In this document: one piece after another, positions 44,658-57,530 of the stretch
Position numbering within the stretch: position 1 is the stretch's first letter
Layout of the letters: every line of letters begins with the position of its first letter
From: Chlorokybus atmophyticus
Taxonomy: Eukaryota; Plantae; Mesostigma and Chlorokybus algae
NCBI GenBank assembly: GCA_009103225.1
Contig: RHPI01002504.1
Span: forward strand, 124,001-188,000
Length of the DNA: 64,000 nucleotides
Direction of reading: 5' to 3'
The notes under the pieces: model-generated
What the model was told of the DNA's origin: nothing
Databases searched by the model: none
Seen by the model: only the letters and a program-made list of their open reading frames with translations
Program-made: the position numbers and the translations under genes

Positions 44658-46425
44658 GCCTTGCTTGTAATCTAGGCTAGTTGACCTTGGGATGAAGCAT
44701 GGTTTTGGAGCGTGATGATAGTGTTGCCAGCCAATAGTGAGTTGCCAAGCCAAGGTAATCTGAGGTGTCAGCATCAGCATTCAACATGCTTGATAAGCAG
44801 CGCCGGCTGCATCAGAAGCAAGGGAGAGGTTGTGTGATGCATAAGCATTTCAAGAGATTGTTCGTGGTTGAATCACGCACATCAACCATACAGCGTATAC
44901 ATGCATATGGTATACAAAGTATATGGCACAATGTGTGGTGCATGTCAATGCACAGCTACGCAGCACACATTATGCAACACGCAGTCAACACCCATGGCTG
45001 ATAGGCAAAGCAGGAATACTTTCAACTACACCCGGTGCCCCTTAACTTGCTATGCCAAATGTGCTGCGCTTACAAGTAAAGATAGCGTTCAAGCACAGAC
45101 ACGTGTGGTTTCAACCTGATTGCTGTTTGCAACCAATCGTGCCGGTTCCCAATCAACGCAATTGCTGATTAGCAATCATGGTTATTGAGACGAGAGCTAG
45201 CATGCACGGTGCCATCCGCGTCCGAATAACGCGGGCACTTAAACGCAATCGCCGTGTTTACCACTTCGTAACCGAGTGATTATGTGAAAACTAGCACGGT
45301 TGGTTGTAACTTGCAAGTAATAGTAATAGCAATAAGACCACAGCAATGCATAGTACACAACAGATGGAGGCCAATCAGTCAAGCCGGCAAGCACCACACA
45401 ACATGTATATATTTTCTTGGTATGACATGATAGCAAGGTTATGGCTGTATACAGCTTGCAATTGCAATGTCATTAGATTTGGATCGCTGCTTCACTTGTA
45501 AATGTTGAAATGCAACGGATGGCACGCAACAGCGCTATATAATACTGATATACTTTATGTTAAACACACCTGTACATGATTGTGCATGCAGCTACACTTC
45601 ACTCAACCCACAAAAGTTCTTAAGTCGCAGAGACTTAGCATGGAGTGCATAAACGTTTTTGAAAGGCAACTTGAGTTGTTAACTCGTTGTTGATGTGAGA
45701 TTGTTACTTTGTACAAAACAAGCGAATGCATGCAGTAGAGCTATGCTATGATGAATGTATATGATGAAACACAAGGCTCCAGAACAAAAGTAAACACATC
45801 ATAATATATGTGGTTGATTACATGGCCTTTTACACACACTTGCATCTTCTAAAAAAAATGGCATTGTTATTCTACAAGTCACTCAGTTTGCATTAACAAT
45901 GGTATGTATACATGGTGACAACTTTGCTATGCATAACACAGTGTGTAGTGCATAGCCTATGTGATAGAATAATGTTATGCTTTTAAAAACACATTGCAAA
46001 CATACAGATTCATGCGTTGGTGTATGTACGGAGCACACTTTGTGGAAGAAGTAACCCGGTTGCTGGATGATATGCAAGCGCAAGGTTACAACCGACGCAC
46101 GCTCCCCTCCAAGCTACGTTTCATGATGGATCAAGCCAGGATTCGTGTTTGATACTACACATAGACACTTGTTCCAGCTTATAGCAAGTGTAGCAACACA
46201 TGCTGGTTACGGGTGAGGTGGGGTGGATGATGCATCCATACATGCATGTATGCACTGCAACACCAGTGGGGAGCATGATATGCCCGCTGTTGGTTTGTGT
46301 CCATGCTTATCTTACGGTTGATGCACTGCCTGCATTAACCTAGCGGCCATACATGACAATGCTTGCAGCATTTGTGAGTGGTGAGAATTGGCAGCGGTAT
46401 AAGGAGCTGTCATAGCGAGTGGCAG

Positions 46426-46939
46426 TGTCACAGCCCACTCGACCATAAAAGACTTGGTGCTTTTATGGTCGGTATTTGTGGTAATTTCATGTACCTTCCC
46501 GTTACATTCCCCCCCACTTAAGAACGCTGACGTCCTCGGCAGCTAGCTCCCATCAGCCCAGGGGTCTGATTAGGGTCGGTCACCGGCCCCACCACTCAAG
46601 GACCGGCCAGTTTAGGCCCATACCGGTCAACGCGCTCATAGCGCGCCGCTGCCGGTCCCACAAGTTGCGTCGCCGCGATAGGCAGGTCGCGCCCTGCCGC
46701 GCCGACTGAACTGGTCAGTTCGGCGCAACTGCCATTAGGCAAGTCGCGACCTATTGATAATGGCACTTATAAAGTGACCATTTACGATGTTATTGGATCG
46801 AGAAACAACGACCGCGGAGTTTGTGTGCAAGGCGAGAATCGAACCCGGGTCTCAAGCTCCTATGAATGTCACAGCCCACTCGACCATAAAAGACTTGATG
46901 CTGTTCTAGTAGATTTATGGTATGTACCTTCCCGTTACA
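46426..46939 (-). mobile_element. Non-autonomous miniature LTR retrotransposon (TRIM), 514 bp, terminal repeats 73 and 81 bp
   Basis: Direct repeats at 46426-46506 and 46867-46939, each reading TGTAACGGG...GTGACA on the minus strand. 5-bp TSD GGCAG at 46421-46425 and 46940-46944. PPT AAGTGGGGGGGAA abuts the minus-strand 3' repeat. No internal ORF. Confidence 0.88.
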
Positions 46940-47343
46940 GGCAGTGCGGGGGCTGGTTGTCCGCATCAGCAATGTCCACCTCTCGGTCGTGGGCCTAACC
47001 TCTCCCCTCCTCTACTCTGTGTCTGTGCGCACTCTTGCACAGGCACCAGCCCATGCTTCACTTCTGCTGCTGCTGTCTTAGTCTCATACTGCGCACAGAA
47101 TCCAGCCCCCTAGCCTTGTATAGCTAGATTGCTTGCGCTTGAGGTTGTAATTTCTGGTGTCTTGCTTGTTTACTAATCTGGCCCCTTTATGTTCGATACA
47201 CTACCCTATTGCGTTGATACACAATGGTTACATACTTAATGCTTGTTATACTTGTTGCAATCATGGCATTGCATTGTTAATTTACATGTGGGCGAAGGTA
47301 ATAATCGTTTGAATGGCCATGCATGCATGCCTAACGGGGTAGG

Positions 47344-47505
47344 TGTATATATATAAGTATATATAAAAATATATATATATATACATATATATGTATATGT
47401 ATGTACATACATACATATACATATAGATATATATTATATTAATATATATAATAAGATATATATGTGTATATGTGTATATATACATATATATATATATGTG
47501 TATGT
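47344..47505. repeat. Degenerate (TA)n/(TG)n microsatellite
   Basis: Direct reading. Confidence 0.9.
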
Positions 47506-48244
47506 GTGTGGTTAACGCCGTACGTAGTGAGCGGCATAGCTGCAGTGAGATATCGTATCCCGCTGGTGATGTGCCACATCAACATGCGGTAAGTTGAAGC
47601 ACGATGAGGACGGTGTGATGAAGTTGTGTATGTCACCTTGGTGCGGATTGACTTGCATGTGCATTAGCCACCTGGCAACTTTTGCACGTATCAAGAACAC
47701 ATGGGCTTTATGCTGAAAGGGACCGCTATTGAGCTAACATAACAAGTCTTACCAATTGTGTAAGTTGCAAACAAGGTCAACATAATCATGATGTGCATCG
47801 GGACAAAGAGTAACTCAAATTGTGCAATAGCGCCCGCCATGTGTGCCAGCCATTTGACAACAACAGGTGCTGAGCGCAAGGTGTTGAAAGATGACACTCA
47901 ATCATGATAATCAGCAGCAATACATTAACAGTAACGATGATCGTGAAGTTATGGCGCATTCGTACCTACTCACATAGCCGATGTTGTACCTCGAACCCCC
48001 AAATAACGGAGTGTAACGCGCACTCGCATAGATGGCAACGGCTGTGTACATAAGTCTTAAGAGCTGATGTGTGTGTGGTTGGACCATTGTGATGTAGTGT
48101 GCGGTGTGTGAGCGTGCAGTGTAATAGGGAGCAACTCGCGCAGTGTGGTACATTAATGTACATACAATACAATACACTTGGCACTTAATTGATGCACGTA
48201 TACACATATGATTATGCTCACCTCCAGTTTGAAATCGTGGTTTG

Positions 48245-48498
48245 CCGCGCCGCGTGACGTGATGCGCGTCGTGATGTGACGCCGCCGTGTACCTGAAACA
48301 ATGCGTCTATCTTAACGTGTGTGTATGGTGCACATATAAGGCGTCTTCTATAGTGCCACCTACTTCTAATCGTACGGTACACAGGCCCCGTGGTCCATTG
48401 TAATCTATAGCAACGGTGGATATTGCTTGTCTTATTCTGTAGCTTAATCTTTACCTTAACATGTATGTGTCTTAACGTTATTATGTCATACCGCCATG

Positions 48499-48539
<41 letters not shown>

Positions 48540-48724
48540 GTGTAGTTTACCGCGCCGCGTGATGTGATGTACGTCGTGATGTGACGCCGCCGTGTACTGA
48601 GACGCCACATGTATCTTAACGTGCGTGTATAATGCACAAATAAGGCGGCTTTTAAAGTGTCGCCTACTTGAGAACGTACGATGTTTAGGCACCGCGGTCA
48701 ATTGTAATCTATAGCAACGGTGGA
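48245..48724. repeat. Two diverged ~175-bp direct repeats ~305 bp apart, separated by a (TA)n run (48502-48536)
   Basis: CCGCGCCGCGTGA(C/T)GTGATG..CGTCGTGATGTGACGCCGCCGTGTAC ... ATTGTAATCTATAGCAACGGTGGA at 48245-48420 and 48550-48724. Confidence 0.85.
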
Positions 48725-48811
48725 AATCATTCTTCTTTATCTGTTAAGTGCATTTGGCGTCACATAATGTGATGTATATTATGAATGTGATGCACGTAGT
48801 GCGTGAGGCCG

Positions 48812-48862
48812 CCGTATCCGTAACCGTAACCGTAACCGTAACCGAGCCCGTTACCGTAATCG
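48812..48862. repeat. (CCGTAA)n hexamer array
   Basis: CCGTATCCGTAACCGTAACCGTAACCGTAACCGAGCCCGTTACCGTAATCG. Confidence 0.85.
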
Positions 48863-51099
48863 TGAAGCCTTAGGTTACTGATGGCGGCTGATAAAACCGG
48901 CGTCTCACAACCGAATTATTGTGTCTAGAGAGGCGGTGGCGGCGGCAAAACGTCAATTGTGGGTCTATTAAATTTTCAACGATTCGCAACAAAAATATTG
49001 TGTTGTCACAAAACCAGAAGTAGCGGCGGTTTCGAAACGTTGTTTGGTATCGTTGGCCACTAGTTTCGTCGTTACTGTCCGTTTGTTCACCATCAGCATG
49101 GCTACTAGCCCTCGGTGGTACACCCGCGTTGCGATTGCACATCTCATTGAGGTACATAAGTAAAAGTTTGCACCTGAAAATGATGTCATAACTATGAACG
49201 TTGACATGCAGGATGGATGCTACGCTGTATCCATTTCTTCCGCCTGCTGATGCATTGCAAATTGCCGCTACTGTCAATCCGCAGTCCGCATTTGCTCACA
49301 TGCCGCAGCAACGCACTGGTTGGATGAAGAAAAAGCAATTCAGGCTGGCCGCCACTTGATGATGCTACACGCTTTGCTTTTTCGTGTTTGGTGTCAATGA
49401 TGGAGCATTGTAATCCTCATGGGATCCAGCTTGGTGGTATTATGCGGGTGTGTCATATTGCTAGCATAGATTACCGAAGCACTGAACCCACCAATCCCGA
49501 TGAACTTCAGTGGTATAAATTACAAAAGATGGCTTCGCGTCATCCGGTCAAAGATTAAGTCAACGCAAGAGGGGTACGTTTCTCAATCTTGAATGATACA
49601 CAGACCAATGTAAAAATTCTGGTATTGACAGGTTCTAGACCGGAACCGGACCGGAACCGGTGGAGAAAATAAAAATTCACGCATATCATGCGTAGTACCT
49701 CATAATGTTCGTGTTGAATTGGTGGCGGTCTCGATGTGCTGAAGGCATACAGCCTGCAATTGGCAAATGGGACAATTACCCAAATGACGAAAGCTCTGAA
49801 CACCGTAAGCATCCAATGTTAAACACAGCTGCCGGATTGCATGTGTCTTATTCTATATTGACGTAGTTGTTTTTATGCTGCCGAGTTGGAGATTTTTGTG
49901 AATGCTTTAACCGTATTCTTCCGCAAACACGATCAGCGGCTGTTTGTGCGCTTGGAGGATGCAGCGTTTGTTTTGAGCGCACGCAAAGCGCAGTGTTTGC
50001 AGAACTTGTGAACTTGTATAACGCGACATGTAAGGATGTTGATGTCAGCGAGGACATCAATGACGAGTCAGCAACGTGGGATCTCATAAACGGTGGGTAA
50101 TTTCAATGTTTATTCGCGTGTATCTTTGTGTTAATGTATCATGCGCAGGTCGCTTGCGTGCTCAGCTCCCAGATTGGTGTATTCTACTGTTGCTAATATG
50201 CGAGTTGTTCCGCTCAGCATTGAATTGCATCGGCCGGATGATACCGAAGACCCCGAAAACCGACGGTTTCACGAAAGCGACGATGATGATGACATCAAAG
50301 AGGATCATGTTTATAAAGAGCCTGAACCCACGGGAAATGAGAATGATTTAAGATCGTCGTTGTTGGCGAGCACTAAAAATCTTATTCTGATTGTTGACGC
50401 CGATTATTCGGCGATAAACAACTGGCGAAGACGGGCTGTATGGTTTTGGAGTATGTGTGCTCAAGATTGCCGCGTAAATAGACTCCAATCCGGCCCGGAA
50501 ATCTTCATCAGCCGCGGCGATTTCATTTGGGCCCATTGCATCGCCCTCAACTCGAGCACGCCAATGTGCATTCAGCAGATCGAAGAGACAATGCGAGCTG
50601 ATTTTAAGTTAGCGCGTTCGACTGCTGCTGCTGTACCCTGCATTCATCAACCTCGACCACTCGCTTTGCCAGCACCTCAGCCCGCCGGTGCCATTGACGC
50701 CAGCCGCAAACGCCGTAGACAATTACCGCTCACAGCCTGAGGTATTCGCATTTTCAATTTTACTAAGTCGAAGTGCATTTGGTTCTAATTCGATGCAGTT
50801 ATTGCGGGACTTAGCTCCACGTCCAAGATGAAGAGCCTGGGACTGCCGCAACATCTGTGAAGGTCGACGAGCCGGTCGCCAACCTCGTCGAGTACCCGCG
50901 AGTTTGTCAGCATTTCTCACTGCAAATAACTTAATTAAAGATATATATTTACATTAAACTACACGAAGATATCCATCGAACAAATGTGCGTGTTTCATGA
51001 AAAAGAACGCAATAAAGGTTAAATTATATTTTATACTTCCGGTCATTGAGCATGTGTTGCAATGAAAATACTTGATATCAATACGTCAGCAGGCGCCGC

Positions 51100-51640
51100 T
51101 GTAACGGGAGCAATAATAATAGGGGTAATTTGGCTACCTAAATAACACATTATGAATAAGTATCTAAATATGCTTATTTACACCTTTTTTCTACGGTTCC
51201 TCGCTTATTAAAGGCTATGATGCTTTATCATAGCTTAAATAAGTTCCATTGGGTGTGAAATCGCTTATTCAAGCCTAATTAGTATCACATTTACTTAAAT
51301 GTGATCACTATCTCGTTAGGTATCTTACGATATGTATGTTTCGATAGGTACCTTATCGATAGGTACCTTATTTGAGATGTGATTGGGCTCGAGCTAAATT
51401 TCCTAACTACCCTATCTGTAGGGTCGATGTCTAATTGTGAGTTAATTATCGAGAGGTACATATTTGATATACTCTTGATATTTGAGGTCACATCAGTTTG
51501 ATGTGACTTCAAACTGATGTGACCTCACCATCAATTCTCTGCTCAGTGGCGGCCACGCCGCTGAAAGGCTGATCATAGGCGGTGTGGGTGTTGGGGTGGA
51601 GGATTGAAGGGGAATCACCGGCGACGGTGGTGTTGTTACA
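51100..51640 (+). repeat. 5' LTR (541 bp)
   Basis: Aligns to 57531-58055 at roughly 85% by eye; terminal TGTAAC/GTTACA inverted repeats. Confidence 0.93.
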
Positions 51641-52724
51641 TTGGTATCCAGAAGCGGGGGGGTGATGTGGGTGCTTATAGGGGGCGGCGACCTGCTTTCG
51701 GCCATTTAGAAGGCGGCGGCGGCGACCTCCTATTCGTCCATGCAGCCCAAGCTTCAAGTCAGCTTCCCTACGCTACCTCAACGTTGAAGCCACCCATCAA
51801 AGAGGTGGCCTCTGCACGTGTGAGGTACCGTCACACACGTCGGTGACTTGCGTGCTTGCCTGCTTGCCAGCTGCACGTGTGTATTTTCATGCACATCATT
51901 CAGTGACTTGCCAGTGTATAAGTGCAGCTTGCTAGTTTGCCATCACTGCTTGTCACGCTTAGTGCACTATCATTGTTTGCAGTGATTGCCTTACATTGCA
52001 TGCGGTGATTGCTTATCATTGTGCTTGCCAATGCATGTCACAGTTGGTCACTGTACGGCTTGCATGTTGCATGACTGTGACGTACCTGTGACCAGGCCAG
52101 CTGCTTTTCTTAGTCGCTTGACCCGGGTCCACAAGTTTCGAACCAAGCTGTTCCCAAACCCTGCCCCTCTGGCTTCGGCCTGGAGATCGTGACTTGGTTA
52201 GGATAGTTTTGGGGAAGTTTTAGGACATTCTGTTCACAAACTCTGTTAGTCTGAAACCCTCCCCCTCTGGCTTCGGCCTGCAGATTGGGACTTGGTCGAG
52301 GACAACACAGGGTTAAGACATCCTGATTCCATTCAGACTTGTTCTGTTTGATGACACTCCAAATCCAACCTTTCTGTTTTGGGACTGGTTTGAACTCTGT
52401 CTGGGACTTTTACAACTTAAGGTCATTTTTATCCTCTCGTTGAACCTGGTCCATTGGTGAGGTTCTGACCATTCCAATTTGCCTGTTTTGCAGATAAATG
52501 GAAGAGAACTCGGTGCCCACCTAAAAGAAGGAAAGCTCGCAAAAAGAGCAATTATCCCGTGAGGAGGAGTTTCCATCCATGGAGGATATTTTCAACCCGG
52601 ATGATGCACCTAATGAGTATCATGATGCTAAGGATGTGGATGCCTTGGTGGAACCAGACGGGCCACCACCACCACCATCATTCGTCAAGCGTGAATCTCT
52701 ACTCGCCTGACGAAACAGGAGCTG

Positions 52725-53704
52725 ATGGACCACTTTCTTGGCACCTATGATGAGAAGCCTCGTGAGGCGATTGTCTTGCTCGTCAACTTCCTCTTTCATG
52801 TGGTGGAAACGATCTCAAAGCTCACCACCTTTATCGGGCGTTGGGAGGGATCGATGGGTGAAGGCAAATGTGTTCTGAACATGAACGAGCGCCTTCAACG
52901 CTCCAACAGTGGTCCACCTGTTCAGGCGCTTGCTCGTCCTGTCGAGTTTGTTCCCAACAAGCAAGCGGCAAATTTTGACTGGCTCGTGAAGCTGAGACAC
53001 TATGTCAACTCCCTTCACATTTCTGAGGAGGGGAAGTTGCGTGTAGCTGAGTTGCTGATTTCAAACGATGCTCTGGCAGAGTGGTATCGCCGTAAGCAAC
53101 GTGATACGAACCTCGGGCGGGAAGTGAATCAATTATGCTCTTTCATGGAGCAGCGCTATGGCGGCGCAGATCCTGCCTAGGTTGCTCGCAACCAGCTGCA
53201 CAATCTGCGTCAGACGGGCTTCCGGTTCAGCAGTATATCCAGGACTTCCAGTCTTTTGTCAATAAGATCAATGCTGGCAAACTACCCATCAGTGATGCTG
53301 ATCAGCTGGATATGTTCAGGCGTGGCTTGGACACTGATCTCGTGCAGTATGTAGCCGTCAACCCCGCGAGTTTGCAAGAGTGGGCCTCGACGGATTTGCC
53401 AATGCTGATGCAGATGGTTGCTGCTGTGGACAGTGTGAAGCGCTCTTACGCAAACATGCAAACCACAGCAAAAGAGGCATCCCCGGCTTCAGCTGCAAAG
53501 CGCCCGGCCACTGACAACAAACCTTTTGTGACAAAGGCGAAAACATCTCAGCATGCTGGCCCCTACAACGCGGCCAAATTTACCATCACTTGCAACTTCT
53601 GCAAGAAGATAGGTCATGGGGAGGCCAAGTGCTATGCAAAGCAGAATGCACAGAAGGCCAAGCGGCAGAAGGACAAGAAAACAGAATTTGTCCGTGGTTG
53701 GTAG
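52725..53704 (+). pseudogene. gag (frameshifted) with CCHC zinc knuckle
   Basis: Retrotransposon-gag-like ALAEWYRR and VQQYIQDF...DQLDMFRRGL, then CNFCKKIGHGEAKC (CX2CX4HX4C). Confidence 0.85.
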
Positions 53705-54099
53705 CTTAGTCAAGCAGAACGTCTTTCAAAACTCTGTACTTCTTGATAAAGTTTCCTCTCTTTGCGATGTATCAGATGTATGGACTGATATGAGCACACT
53801 ACATGTGTTGACAAATGCAGACGGTTGTGTTTTAATCAATATCCCATTCTCTGAATTGGTAACTGCTGTTAAGCACTTACACAAGTTGCAATTACAACAT
53901 GCTGTCATTGCATGTGTAGTTATCCCTCAATATCATGGCACGTGGTCGCAGCTGTTGAAAGGGGGAGAAGTAACTATGCAACTCTCATGCAAAGATACAA
54001 GAACTTCACCGTTACAAGTGATCTTTATCAAGCCTGCTACCAATCACGGCACTTCGACATTAGCTACATTTGATGGTCACTCAGGGCCATTCAAATGGA

Positions 54100-57000
54100 G
54101 ATTTGAGAGTCAACTTATTAGTACACCATGTACAGCATTGATTGATACTGGTGCAAACCATAACTTTGTTAGACATGCTTGGGTGAGACGTAATAACATA
54201 TCTTTCACAACGGTCATGTCGTATATACGTGCTGCTGGTTCCACCCTCAATGCAATTGGGGAGGTGAAGGGGCGTTTGTTATTAACAGCCACAAGACTCG
54301 ACCAACTTTCATCGTGATGGATATAGGTATCCCCGGGGTGGATGTTGTTTTGGGTGAACAGTGGCACACCGAAACAAGTTTGCAATTGGACTCTCGAGTA
54401 AATACGTGCACCCTTTGTAAGGGTGAACGTAAGGTGACGTTACCGCACCTGTACTCGCACGTGTTGCTCGCGACAATGTTCCACTCCTCTCTGATATGCA
54501 ATTTAAACGTTGCATGCGTAAACGTAAGGAAGTATATTTTATGCACTTACGACAGGTAGACACCTATTGAACAGGTCGTAACTGACCTCGTGGTGCAATC
54601 ACTTACGGAACAATACGCAGATGTATTTCAGGATGATTTCCCGGAGTTGCCTCCTGATAGAAACATACATCATACCATTTCGTTGGAAGAGGGGGCAAAG
54701 CCACCTTGACGGCCTATCTATAGGCTAAGTCCCTTGAAACATGCAGAAATGGAAAAACAGCTCAAAGAGTTATTGGACAAAGGTTTGATAACCAAGAGCA
54801 TATCTCCTTTTGGTGCACCAATTTGTTTGTGCCCAAAGAATGGCAAGATACGCATGTGTATTGATTACCGTGCGTTTAACAAGGTAACTGTGAACAACAG
54901 ATACCCTTTGCCTCGGATTAATGACTTATTTGATAATCTGTCAGGTGCAACAGTGTTCAGCACACTGATTTTGACCAATGGTTATTATCAAATAAAAATC
55001 TACCCGTCAGATATACAAAAAACTGCATTTCGCACCCCAATAGGACACTTTGAGTATAAAGTGTTACCATTTGGGTTAACAAATGCACCAGCTACATCTC
55101 AGGCAGCAATGAACGCGGTATTTGCTAATGAATTGTACAAGTTTGTACTGGTATATCTTGTTGACATTATTATGTTCAGCAAAACCCCGAGAGGAACACC
55201 ACAAGCATGTGGAATTGGTTCTAGCTACGTTACACGAACACAAATTCTGTACCAACCTGTCCAAATGCAACTTTGCAAAAGATGAACTACCCTTTTTAGG
55301 ACATGTGATTGGCAAAGAAGGATCAAAACCAGATCCTAAAAAGGTGTGTTTGGTGAAGGATTTGCCACCACCCAAGTATGTACATCAATTACGTGCTTTC
55401 TTGGGGCTAGCCAATTATTTCCGCAAGTTCATGCAAGCATATTCTGGCATGGCAAATCCTTTAACATCTTTACTGAAGAAAGATGTTAATTTGTGTGGAC
55501 AAAGGCACACAATGTTGCTTTTACATGCATTAAAGATGCGTTAACACAAGCCCCTGTGTTAGCCTTCCGCGACCACACCAAGCCTTTTATAATGATCAGT
55601 AATGCTTCCACCATTGGGTGTGGGGCACTCCTACAGGTTGATAGACCATGTGCATATGAAAGCAGAAAGTTCATTCCTGCTAAACGTAATTACATAACCA
55701 TTGAGCAGGAATTGCTCGGAGTGGTGCACGCGCTGCGCACATGGCGTTGCTACTTGGAAGGTGTGGAATTTTTTTTAATTACTGATCACAACCCGCACAC
55801 ATTCTTTCATACGCAACAGAACCTGTTGAGGCGGCAAGCTAGGTGGAATGAATTCATTTCTCGTTTCACTTTCACTTGGCAATACCGTCCGGGTCGCACC
55901 AATGTGGTGTATCCATTAAGTCGTAGCCCTGCTCTTTTGGGCGCTGACGCGCTCTCAAAGTACGCGTAATATGCAACAGCTGAAGATCCTTTCCTAAAGG
56001 AAGTGTCCACAGGTTACAACTCAGATGATTGGTTTAGAAGTCAAACCAACTACTCTGTGGTATAAAGGGGAGCAGTTGGCAATTCCCAACTCAGACGACT
56101 TGCGTAAGCAATGCTTACAATCAGTGCATGACCCGCCGTACGCTGGGCATTTGAGAAAACACAAAACATTCAAAGCTGCGCAACAGTTATACTGGTGGCC
56201 GTCAATGTCAGCTGATGTGGAGCAATATGTTCGCACATGTGACGTGTGTCAACGTAATAAGCCACTACGACAAGAACAAGCAGGATTGCTTAAACCATTG
56301 GCAATCCCAGAACAAAAGTGGGATAGTGTCAGTACGGATTTGATTACTGACCTACCTAAAACAGCAGCCATATACACTGCTATTGTGGTTTTTGTCGATC
56401 TTTTGACCAAAAAGGTGCATTTTGCCCCGTGTTGCACAACTGTGAGTGCACGGGACTTAGCACATTTATTTGTGTCCACGGTCTTTCGAGTTCAGGTGTA
56501 CCGCGTGAGCTTATCACAAATCGTGATCCTCGGTTTATCTCCAAGTTTTGGAGAGAAGTCTGTGAATTGTTGGGGGTAAAACAAAGCATGTCGACTGCTT
56601 TCCACCCGCAAACGGACGGACAAACTGAGCGAGCAAATCAAATACTAAAAGAAATGCTTCACCACTATGTGGCTCCTAACCATGCTGATTGAATCAGGTA
56701 CTTGCCAATGGCAGAGTTCGCTGTGAACAATGCGTGGCAGGAAAGTGTAAAGGCAACCCCATTTTTCTTGAATTATGTGATTCGCCCGAACACACCAGCG
56801 CCATTGTGTGTACCTCGGAATGCCCTGACTGTACCAGCGGCAAAGGAATGTGCCATTGATATGCAAGAAAATTTGGCTCGAGCCAAGCTATGTCTGTTAA
56901 AAGCACAGGACAGGCAAAAAGCTTATGCTGATACACATCGAAGAATAGCCACTTTCGATGTCGGCGATAAAGTTTTGCTTAACGCAAAGAACATAACATT

Positions 57001-57360
57001 AAAGGTACGGGTGCTCGCAAGTTGCTGCCCCGATGGTTAGGTCCTTTCTCTATCATTGATAGAGTTGGTACGGATGCTTATCGGTTGCAATTGCCCCCAA
57101 GTGTGCGTATACACAACGTGTTCCATGTGAACTTGTCGAAACCTTACCGCTCAGACGGTAGAACACAGCGTCCACCACCGCCAGTTGAGGTGGACAGCGA
57201 GCTCGAATACGAGATGGAAGCTATATTGAACCATATGCTAAATAGTCAAGGACGCGCAACTCGCTATTTGGTGAAATGGAAAGGGTATGGCCCAGAACAT
57301 AACAGTTGGGAGCCCGACAGGCATCTTACGCACTGCCGCGAGTTGCTTCGAGCTTATTAG
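54100..57360 (+). pseudogene. pol: aspartic protease, RT, RNase H, integrase and chromodomain, with several frameshifts and stops
   Basis: LIDTGA; SPFGAP...RMCIDYRAFN..T..NRYPLPRI; KTAFRT..GHFEY..LPFGL.NAPA; YLVDII; FLGH; RPCAYESRK; EQELL.VV.AL..WRCYL; TDH.P; H...GH...C..CQ; TDGQTERAN; YQVKWKGY-like YLVKWKGYGPEHNSWEP. Confidence 0.95.
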
Positions 57361-57530
57361 GATTCACGTCATGTCCCGTAAACTGTGGGCTTGGTTTTTT
57401 TATGACAGACTGTCAGTGCAGTTTCATTACCACCCTGTCATTTCCTGCTATCTCACTGGTTACAATCACTCAAAGTCAAGCCTGGTCAACTTGGGTTCAA
57501 CGAGGACGTTGAAAACCCATATGGGGGGAA

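Noticed and set aside
46815-46895. tRNA gene on the minus strand
   Set aside because: A- and B-boxes and a partial D-stem are present, but there is no pairing acceptor stem or valid anticodon arm, and it straddles a TRIM LTR boundary.
48812-48862. Interstitial telomere
   Set aside because: The unit is CCGTAA, not CCCTAA or CCCTAAA, and the array is short and degenerate.
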